Program-made: the position numbers and the translations under genes
DNA from: Hormiphora californensis
Taxonomy: Eukaryota > Animalia > Ctenophora
Length of the DNA stretch: 64,000 nt
Reading direction: 5' to 3'
Assembly: GCA_020137815.1 (NCBI GenBank)
Contig: CM035361.1
Span: 1,116,001 to 1,180,000 of the forward strand
Part shown: piece by piece, positions 12,101 to 23,400 of the stretch
How the letters are laid out: the number at the start of each line of letters is the position of its first letter
Numbering within the stretch: position 1 is the first letter of the stretch
The notes under the pieces: model-generated
The model's input: the letters and a program-made list of their open reading frames with translations, nothing else
The model's database searches: none
What the model was told of the DNA's origin: nothing

Positions 12101-13175
12101 TATATATCTTTACCCTTGAGCTTAACCATTCTCACGAACACTATCAAATTGCACGATCAGCACACGGCGTTCACTCCCGTCTCACACACGAACATATACA
12201 TGCTTGCTCACGAACATTTGACCCCGCTTCCACACCCTGCTTTTCAACTAGTCTCTAGGGTGTCGTCATATGCTACGCCAAGAAGTTTAATTGACTATAT
12301 ACTGCTAGTCTAACTTTCCGTGATTGGTCAAAAAGACATAGAGCACCAGAGATTGGGTGTTTGTAGTATACGGAAGTCCGAGGTCAATTAAATGGCTGCA
12401 GAGATGATATCTGTCAAACTCCACCTCACATGTATGTTGTATAGACGCTGTCAGACTTAGCCCGCCTGACCTGCCTTCGTGATTGAAGCAAATAGGGTCA
12501 GCAATTGCCTGACAGGGTTCACATGATGTGGTGGGGGGTGACAGATATAGGAACGATGAGGAAATAAAAAAAAAAAAAAAAAAAAAAAAAAGGTAAAACC
12601 ATACAAAATGGTCATGTACATCGGGTTATACACCGTGTATTTCATCATAAGGGAGACATATGTCATCACATTGTATCCCGTCCATTGCTCTTTTCCTCGT
12701 GGAGCTGGGATTCAAGCTGACACGCAAAAACAGGAAATAGGTTATTTTCAAGGAGTTGGGATACATGTATGAACTGCAGTTCAAAAGAAAGAGTACTGAA
12801 GAAAATAAACATAAAATATGAAAATAATCTTTTGCGATGAAATTAGGCCATTCCCCCATCAACCAGGGTTTTCCATCTCTCCCATATTCCCGCGTGTCCT
12901 CTTAATACCCTGTTCCAAGTGGGGAACTCACGAAAAAACGCTAACCAGGTGGCCCGTTGCTGTGAGAATAGGTATAAATATATGGCCATAATAAATAATA
13001 TTATACCCATATAATGTGATGATGAAACATAGTAGGGACTCCAAACTGTGGGAGGGAGATGCAATGTGATTTCATGATAATTGGTCACGTGAATGTATGT
13101 GATTCATAAGAAAAGGCGTACTGTCTCGTCGAACTATTAGGGGGGGGGGGGAGGAGGAGGAGGAGGGTGAAATGG

Positions 13176-13315
13176 AAAGACATGGACAGACAGACTGTAG
13201 ACAGACAGACAGACATGGACAGACGGACTGTAGACAGACAGACATGGACAGACGTACAGACATGGACAGACATGGACAGACGGACAGACATGGACAGACA
13301 GCCAGCCAGACAGCC

Positions 13316-13388
<73 letters not shown>

Positions 13389-13389
13389 T

Positions 13390-13420
<31 letters not shown>

Positions 13421-13540
13421 TAGACAAACAGACATAGACAGCTAGATATGGACAGAAATACAGACAGACAAAAATACAGACAGACAGAAAGACAGACAGA
13501 CAGACAGACAGATAGACAGACAGACAGATAGACATATAGA
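13176..13540. repeat. (GACA)n microsatellite with GACATG variants
   Basis: Direct reading of the sequence. Confidence 0.95.
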
Positions 13541-13675
13541 CCCGTTCGTTCCTTCCATTTCCAGTTTTACCAAATGAAACACAGAATCTCACGTTGTATA
13601 AATGAATGTAGTAAGAGATATACAGAGGTAATGAAAAATACACATTCACACAAATAATATACGTCACATCTATAC

Positions 13676-13784
13676 CAGGAACCGACCGGACCAAGTAAAC
13701 AACCAATCAGAGCTCGTTATTTAGGTCACGTGACTGGTTATCAGCCAATCAGGGACCAGTACTTCCTGATTCGGTCGGTTCCTG
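13676..13784. mobile_element. 109-bp hAT-type MITE
   Basis: TIR caggaaccgaccg/cggtcggttcctg. Flanks atctatac/atatatac form an 8-bp TSD with one mismatch. A second copy lies at 44010. Confidence 0.85.
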
Positions 13785-14210
13785 ATATATACATTATATC
13801 TGATCGGGGCGTGACTTCTCAAATAATTAGTAGTTAGTGATACTACGAATAACACGATACTGTAAATACGTTTCAAAAATAAGGACTGGTTCAACTTCAA
13901 TAAAGTGTCTCAAACTGTTCTAAATTGCAGTATATAATCGGTAGTAAAATAAAAAAGTGATATCTAATTATTAATTACTAAAAGTAAGCTAGTAAACTGT
14001 TAAATATAATATCCTCAACACAAATCTAATACAGCCCACCACTTTCTCAATCTAATACTAGATACAATCAGTCCAAAGTTTATATTATCTCTGGCCATCA
14101 ATCGTGTTTACTGTAAATATCTCCACAGAAAACAGAAGTCGACCTCTGTTGATTTCTTCTGTTGTTACAGCGCTGTTTATAAGATGGGGATCCGTTCTCT
14201 ATAATTCCTG

Positions 14211-14441
14211 TTAGTCTAGTTCGATAGAACAGTTCAGATCGGTAGGTATTTGTAGGACTAACTTGAGCAGAACCTTCTCTTCAGCCTGAAAGATATACTG
14301 GGTTAGAGATGAATTGAGATATATGCACCGGATATAAGTTTCTCGCATAGAAATATTCCAGCTCTTCATTCAACGTCCACGTAATGGTGGTGAAATAGAG
14401 GCTCATAAGACTGACACCTTTACTGACACCCTTAGTGACTA

Positions 14442-14473
<32 letters not shown>

Positions 14474-17400
14474 AAACACACTGACTCCCACACCACTCAC
14501 AATTGATGATGTAGAGCTGTATCTCTGTGCCATAGATGAAGATCTCCCAGTTCCACTAGGAGAGGGTGATCTACTATCATACAATCTCCTGGGTGAAGAT
14601 GTCCTGGGTGTTCCCCTTCTCTCTCTAATCTTCCTAACTGCATCCTCTAGCTCGCTGCACCATTTCTCTCTGTCTCCCTCGTTCTCAGGGCATCCTTGGA
14701 CCTGGAGGGGAGAAGGAGGGTTAGAGCGCTGTATCATAGTTGAGGGGTTCGAAAGACGTGGTATGGGATGGAGGCCGGGTTTGATAAAAATATTTTCTAA
14801 GATCTTGTTGAGTACAACCCAGAGCAGGGCCTATCCCTGAACTTCCAGGCATGAAGAAGAGAGACCAATACACCGGGAACTTAGTTAGTCTAGAGGGATT
14901 CATTTTAGTTACACCACACCGTATATATCTTACCTGTGCGACCTTGACCCCACCAGTACTCGCATCATCCCCACACTTCACACGGATCTCTCCACTCCTC
15001 AACACGTAGATCTTCAGCTGTTTCTCGGCACCTGTGAAGAGGGTGAATTGTCTGACGAGATTTGCCTGGAACAAACCTCTTCTTCGGAACCCATGCATAT
15101 TCTATCCGCCAGTACAGCTTAAGAAACGACAATAGGGATAGCGATTTTCAAATCAAAAAGCAATTGGTACCTGGTTTTCGGAATTTATTCATCTCAGATC
15201 GCTAGTGCTACGCCCCAATTTGGCGTTGTGTATCTACATGATTAGAAACGAGTTCGAAATCAGCTAACAATAGAGGCGAAACCAACCTGAACATACCTAA
15301 GATAGACATACCAATACACACGAAAATTCCAAGAAATCATCTCTTAGCCGTAATGGTGCTCCAGGCCTGAGAGGGACTTACTACAACAACTACACGAAAA
15401 AGTCCGAGTCCCTACTCTCTAAATCTTCCTAACACCCTCCAGTCGTGTGACCATTCTCTGTCTCCCTCGTTTCGGGAGCTCCCGGCCGGACAGAGGGATG
15501 GAGGGTTAGAACGCTATCATAGTTTGGGTGGTTCAAAAGTCCTGGAGTCCTATGTCTTAAGTTCAATGATAGCGGATGTGAGCAGGTGTTTCGGGGTTCC
15601 AGTTCTCTGATGGAGTCTAGGGACGGTATGGGGTGGAGGGGAGCTGTAGAAGATGTTCTAGAGACTTTGTAAATAGAGCCAGGTATCCTGAAACTTACAT
15701 ATTGCAAATAGAAAGATAAAACCCAGGGAGTCAGTAACATTCCGTTAGGCGGACTTATTTTAATACATGCCACGGTATATCTTACCTGTGCAACTTGACA
15801 CACGGTTCTAGTATCCCACACTCACCGGATTTCCACTCTAATACGTGATCTTGCGTCTTGGACCCGACAGATGAATGTCACGTACGGTTGCGGACAATGC
15901 CTAACATATAGTCTGTGACGCAGTTCACCACCTAGCGACGAGCGGGAAGTCTAACGAAGCCTTGCGAAAATAGGATTAGGGGATTCTCATACAAACAAGA
16001 TAGATAACTTTCTTCGGAACCATTATATTCCTTCTGATCAGCTACAGGCTAGAACCGATTGCCCAAATTGAGCCACTTGTACCTGTTTGACTGAGTGGAA
16101 ATCACCCGATTTCAATTTCAGAGACTTCTTGTTTGGTGTTGTGGTTGGTATTTCAGGTCGTTCAGTCTCAAGCACCTTGGGTTATGTGTGGGACGTATAC
16201 AGGTATTCGGGGTGTGTTCGATCTGCGGAGAAATAGGGTGGAGACTAGTGGTGGGAGGAAAACAAGGGGAATATGGTGGGAGTTAGTGGTGGGAGGAAAA
16301 CAAGGGAGATAGGCCGTGGAAGTGTGGGGAATGGGTTGGGAGTTACGGGAGATACGAGGATTCGGGGAAGAGTTAGGGGGGAGATAAGGAGATCCCAGTG
16401 GGTTGCGTGGAGGAAACCAGGATTAGTGGAGTTGATCGCTTGGTCACAACTCAGATCGTTTTATTTGTGTGAGGAAGACACCGAACTGATCCCAATCGCT
16501 TATCTCCCTTCCCTTTTTCTACGGGGGGGGGTATTCCGAGATTCCGGGAGATTGCCACTGTGATGGAACCCACCAATTGTTGCAGTTACAAAGATTAGGA
16601 ACTAGATTTGAAGCAAAATTGATGAGACTACTTACTAATCTCTTAATTTGTTATAATGCTTACCAACTGAGCTCCCTTAGCTCTCATGACTCTCCTTAGC
16701 TACTGTTACTCACGTCCGGAGCTCGACATGGTGGGGGGGTGTGTCTCAAGCTGCCATGTAATCTAAAGTTGGGTAAGACAGGAAAACGATGTCGAACCAG
16801 GAATATGGTCCTGATGAGCTAAACATCACGTGCATAAAAACATTATTATTGTATTAATTGTTTCGATGTACTGGTCAAGTTAGCTTAGTGTTTGAGGCCG
16901 TCTAAATCACTGCATTCTTTTCGTGCTTGTTAAGGGTAGATAGTTGATTGCGATAGGGTTGGGGATTTGTAATAGTAAGAGTTCATAGGGTAGGGGAATC
17001 TGCTCCAGTGGTCCAGCAATTCAGCTAGAATCAGTGGCACACGGCCCCAAGAGATAGACCGGGAAGGGTTAGCACAGTAAGGCATGCCCCTTGGTGCTAG
17101 GTAACCAGACCAGTTTGCACGTGCAACTCCCTGGATCTCTAGGGGAAATGCCCCTGGGTATAAAGTGAAATACTCAGTTACCAACCGCACGTGCATTCCT
17201 CTACCTACATTCTTTCACTACAAAACTATTTGCCATGTTCGGTAACAAGACACCGCTCATCTTCGGATGCATTGCTGCAGCTGCAGCAGGAGGAGCACTG
17301 CTTTACTGGATCAGTAAGGAGGAGGACCCTCAACCAAGCCACCCTGTGGTGGAGCCAGAGGAGGCTCAACATGAGGAGCCAGAGATGCTTCAGGGCGAGG

Positions 17401-20400
17401 CGGTGCAAGCGGAGGAGGAGCAGAATGGTTGGGGGGAGGACGAGAAGATAGAAACGGAGGCTGAGGAGATAGAGGAGGAGAGAGAGATAGAGGAGAAGAG
17501 AGAGGAGGAGAGAGAGATAGAGGAGAAGAGAGAGATAGAGGAGAAGAGAGAGGAGGAGAGAGAGATAGAGGAGGGAGAGATAGAGAAGGAGAGAGAGATA
17601 GAGGAGAAGAGAGAGAAGGAGAGAGAGATAGAGGAGAAGAGAGAGGACGAGAAGATAGAAACGGAGGCTGAGGAGATAGAGGAGATAGAGGAGGGATCGG
17701 ATGGGACTGGAACTCCTCTTCACATTCATCAACATACAACTGTTTGTTTGTCAAACCATGTTCTCAACGAAAGTGAAGTTTGCTATAACTGTTGCCATAG
17801 CTGGAGCTGCAACGGCCTCCTACCTCTGGTGGACAAGGAAAGAGGACCCAGAGGATGAGGAGCCCGCCCTGCCCATTGCCCAACATTGAAAATGAAGGGG
17901 CGCCGGAGGGGGAAGGAATCACATTGTGATTGAGAGGAGCCAGAGGAGGCCAAGGAGGAGAGCGAGTTAAAGGAGTTAGAGAAGAGAGTAAGCGAGTTGG
18001 AGGAGATAAGATGATCAAACATTTTCCCCAAGACATGTTGACAGGACATGTTGAGAGGAAAGACGATACTTTTTATCTCTCCCTGTAATTTTACTTTTCA
18101 CTATGATTTAACGCTGTTTTAATTCTCTAACAATACCAACCAGGGCAACGGGCAACCAAGCATGGATGTACTGGACACAACGGGGTCTTTATATTAAACC
18201 GTTCAGAGGTTGAATCTATCAGTATCTATTTCGGGTCAACACATTGAAACATTCCACGCTAGCAACGATCCAAAAACTAGCTACGCAGTTGGATCCATCG
18301 CATCCTATTCTCGCTCCGCGAATAATAGATGTGAGATCGATCTCGGTCGCTGCGCGACCTCGATCTCACTCAGGCATCAATGTTGCCAAGCTACGCAGCC
18401 ACAACCCTATACTAGATTACAAGTTGAAGCCTATTGCAATGCCACAGAACTGATACAGCTGTAGCAACAACAATAGAAGCGGGGGGGGGGGGGGGGGGGT
18501 CACGGGTTTTACAACTTTCGTTTTTGATATTCAGAACAGTGGACCCTCTCCGGGCTCTAAGAGTCAAGAGATAGACCGGGCAGGGTAGCTCAGTAAAGCA
18601 TGCCCCTTGGTGCTAGGTAACCAGACCAGTTTGCACGTGCAACTCCCTGGATCTCCAGGGGTAATGCCCCTTGGTATAAAGTGAAGCACTCAGTTAACAA
18701 GCGCACGTGCAATCTCCTCTATCCACTTTCACAACTGTTTGTTTTATCATGTTGACGTTCAAAACAAAAATCATTGCCGGTTGCATCGCCGCCGCAGGGG
18801 GAGCAGTTATGATGTACTGGCTTACTCGTAAGGAGGAGGAGGAGCCGCAAGCAGTTACCCCCGAGGAGGCTGAGCAGGCAGATACTCCTTGCAAAGGGCC
18901 AGAGGAGCCTCAGGCAGTTACCCCTGAGGAGGCTGAGCAGGAAGATACTCCTTGCAAAGGGCCAGAGGAGCCTCAGGCAGTTACCCCCGAGGAGGCTGAG
19001 CAGGAAGAAAATCTTTACAAAGGGCCAGAGGAGCCTCAGGAGGAGGAGGTGCTTCAAGAAGAGGCAGTGCAAGAGGCGACCAAGGAGACCAATGGTGAGG
19101 AGATGAAGGCAGTGGAGGAGCCAGAGGAGCTGGACGAGGGGAAGAGTGAGACTGAGTTAGAGATAGAGACGGAGGAGATAGAGATAGAGAAGGGAGAGCT
19201 AGAGAAGGAGAGAGAGAAAGACGAGGTAGAAGAGTTAATGAGGTTAGTTGAGGATGCAGAGGAGGATTATGAGTTAGAGGTCAGAGGAGTTAGAGAGAAG
19301 AGTTAGCGAGTTAGAGAGGAGAGAGAAGAGTAGAGAGAAGAGTAGAGACGAGGAGGCTGAGGACAAGAACATAGAAGAGGAAACTTTTTCCCCAAGAGCG
19401 GAAAGACCATCAATTTTATCTATTATCTAATTTATAATTTTATTTTTAACTTTGATTTTATGTACTTATAATGAACAACACTGTTTCAATTCTCCAACAA
19501 TACCTCGAAGGCAACCAAGTTTAAAGATACTGGACATTAAACATCTGTCCGTATCTACTATCTGTTTCGGGTATTAAAACATGTATTAAAACATTCCTTG
19601 GCTCCTTGCCAGCAAGGATCCAGAAACAAATACACGGGCCCTATCACAAATTGAATCCCATGTATTGTAGCGCCACATAAATGCAGATACCTGTACTTGT
19701 AGCAACTACAATAGAAGCGGGTGTGTGGCGATATTCAGGACAGTGGACCCTGCACAGGCCCTAAAAGATAGACTAGATAGGCTAGTAAAGTGAGGAATGT
19801 CCCTTGAAACTGATGTTAGTCGTGGGTCAACTTTGCACATGCAGTTTAACAGCTCAGATCTGAGCGCGGCGGGAGTGCTAGAAATTAAAAGTTTCAAGAT
19901 TTGTGCACTATGAAAAAATAATTTGATGAAGGAGCAGGTTTTAATTCCGTCATTTCTGCATCAGAGCATTCCCCCGTATGTTGTATTGCTTTCGTTGTGT
20001 ATCACAACTGGCCTAGTACAGCTAGTAAAGGGAAATACTCAGTTACCAACTGAACGTGCAATCTTCCTTCAACTATCTTCAACAAATCTTTGATTATCAT
20101 GTTATGTTGACCACGATGATCTCGGGCTGTATTGCAGCCGCTGTGGTCGGTGCTTTGATGTACTGGCTGTTTAAGAGGCAGGAGGAGCCCCAGCCAGACG
20201 ACACTGTTGAGGAGCCCCAGCCAGACGACACCTCTTGCAATGTTGAGGAAGCTCACCAGGAGGAGCCAGAGACGCTCCAGGATGAGGCGGCATCTCCAGG
20301 GGCCGTATAAAGTGAAATACTCATTACTCAGTTACCAACCGTACGTTCATTATTTTATACACCACGATTGCAACACTTGTTACACTGTACAAAGTTATGT

Positions 20401-23400
20401 TTTCAACAAAAGCCAAAGCCGCTGTCGCTGTCGCTGGTGGATGAACCGAAAGGAAGGAGGAGCTGCTCAAGAAGAAGGCACAGGAAGACTTTTCTCCAAG
20501 GAACGCCGAGAAGAAAGACGATACTTTTTATTGCTACACAGTACAACGCAATGTTCGCAAAGAAAGTCGTTTGTCATGTTCGGTGTAAAGACACAGCTCA
20601 TCTTCGGATGCATTGCTGCAGCTGCAGCAGGAGGAGCAATCCTTTACTGGATCAGTAAGGAGGAGGAGGATCCTCTACCAAGCCACTCCGGGGTTGAGCC
20701 AGAGGAGGCTCAACATGAGTAGCCGGAGGAGGCTCAACATGAGGAGGCAGAGATGCTTCAGGACGAGGCGGTGCAAGAGGCACAGGCGCAGAGTGGTGGT
20801 GAGGAGGCTGAGGAGGTAGAGACGAAGGGACAGATAGAGATAGAGGAGGGATCGGATGGGACTGGATCTCCTCTTCACATTCATCAACACACAACTGTTT
20901 GTTTGTCAAACCATGTTCTCAACGAAAGTGAAGCTAGCTTTAATTGTTGCCATAACTGGAGCAGCAACGGCCATCCTCTATTCTCTGGACTCTGGTGGAC
21001 AAGGAAAGAGGACCCAGAGAACGAGGAGCCCGCCCTGCCCAACATTGAAAATGGAGGGGTACCGGAGGAATGTGAATCACATTGTGATCGAGAGGAGTCA
21101 GAGGAGGCCAAGGAGGAGAGAGAGGAGAGAGAGAGAGAGAGACAGAGGATCACCAAACGTTCTCGCCAAGACAAACTGAGAAGAAGGATGAGACGTTTTA
21201 CCTGACTTTATAAGAGAGGTAGAGATTAAGAGAGGAGATAGAGGAGAGGAGGAAGGATCGGACGGGACTGAGGAGGCTGAACGTGTCAGCGAGCTGAACG
21301 GAAGCAGCTCGTGGAGGAAGAGTTAAAGGAGTTAGAGAAGAGAGTAAGCGAGTTGCAGGAGATAAGAGAAGAGGAACAAACATTTTCCCCAAGACATGTT
21401 GAGAGGAAAGACGATACTTTTTCCCCAAGACATGTTGAGAGGAAAGACGATACTTTTTCCCCAAGACATGTTGAGAGGAAAGACGATACTTTTTATCTAT
21501 CTTTATAATTTTACTTTTCACTATGATTTAACGCTGTTTTAGTTCTCTAACAATACCAACCAGGGCAACGGGCAACCAAGCATGGATGTACTGGACACAA
21601 CGGGGTCTTTATATTAAACCGTTAAGAGGTTGAATCTATCTGTTTCGGGTCAACATATTGAAACATTCCGCGCTAGCAAGGATCCAAAAACTAGCTACGC
21701 AGCCACAACCCTATTACAAATTGAATCCTATTGCAGTGCCACAGAACTGATACAGCTGTAGCAACAACAATAGAAGAGGGGGGGGGGGGGTCACGGGTTT
21801 TTCAACTTTCGTGTTTGATATTCAGAACAGTGGACCCTATCCAGGCTCTAAGATTCAAGAGATAGACCGGGCAGGGTAGCTCAGTAAAGCATGCCCCTTG
21901 GTGCTAGGTAACCAGACCAGTTTGCACGTGCAACTCCCTGGATCTCCAGGGGAAATGCCCCTGGGGTATAAAGTGAAATACTCAGTTAACAACCGCACGT
22001 GCGTCATTTTCTTCACCACGATCAACATTCAACTTTATTGTTACAACGATATGTTTTCAACTAAAATCAAGTTCGGTATGGCTGTTGCTGCAGCCGCAGC
22101 CTCCGGTGCTATTCTCTGGTGGATCAACCGGAAAGAGGAACCAGAGAAGGTGGAGGCGAATGAGGACCCGGCCATCCTCAAGATGGAAGAAGAGGGGGCA
22201 AATGAGGCCCAGGAAGACTATGTCGGAGAGGATGCCGATGGAGAGAAGAAAGAGGAGAGTTATGGAGAAGAGATTGAGAGAGAGGAGTCAGAGTTTGAGA
22301 GAGAGGAGTTAGAGTTAGAGAGAGAGGAGTTAGAGACTGAGATAGTGGTCCCCGGGGTACTCGGAGGTGTAGGGTGGATCGGTGGGGAGTTGGGATGTCT
22401 TGAGGAGCAAGAGGAGGAGTCGGAAGAGGAGGTGGAGATCTGGGGAGTTAGAGTGGTAGAGGAGAAGGAGAGATTAGAGGAGGAAGTAGAAGAGTTAATG
22501 AGAATGGTAGAGAAGGCAGAGGAGAGTGAGTTAGAAGAGTTAGAGAGATTAGTGAGCGAGTTAGAGATGAGAGAAGAGAAGAAGAAGAGTAGAGACGAAT
22601 ATGCCAAGGGCAAGACAAACCAAGAGGACGAAACGTTCTCCCCAAGAGGAGAAGACGAGAGGAAAGACGACCAGTATTATCTCTCCCTGTGATTTTACTT
22701 TTCACGATGATTTTATTGTATTTTAAAGAACGCTGTTTCAATTCTACAAAGGTACCTTGGGCAACCAAATAGGGATATACTACTGGACACCGTTTAGAGA
22801 CAGAAAATTAAACATCTGTCTGTATCTGTTTCGGGTCCAGTAGAAAAGATTGAACCATTCCGTGTCAGCAAGGATCCAGCAACTACACGGCCACAACCAC
22901 AGATTGACCCCCCCTCTATTGACCATGGGGGTCTACCAATGTGGGTCTATTATACTAATCTATCATAGCCATCATGTACACTAACCTGATCATCCAGGAA
23001 GTCTGAGATCTCAGTGAGTTGTTTCTGTAGTTCCTCCTTCTCTGTCTTCATGGTAGACAACTCATCTGTCCATCTTTGTTCACTGGACAGATATAAAAGT
23101 ATTACAAAATGGAGAGGGAGAGAATAAAACCTTTAATTCTGTTGAACGTCTTCTAGAAGGCGTTCAACAGAATTCATAGAGGCGTCTAATATGATAAAAG
23201 GCAACTTGAATTAAGTGCATTATATCTAAATTATGAGATCCAAAACACACAATTACCTAAGATATTCGGACATTTCCAGGATATGAGTTCTCAGTTCATC
23301 ATTCTCCTTCTTTAAACTCTTCATATCGGAGGGAGGAGAGCCACCTTCCAATTTCTGTGTGGGTGATTAGCAGCAATTAACCATTTGAATTTATAGGGGT

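Noticed and set aside
13072-13706. ORFs with (SVCL)n or (DRQT)n
   Set aside because: Translations of the (GACA)n microsatellite.
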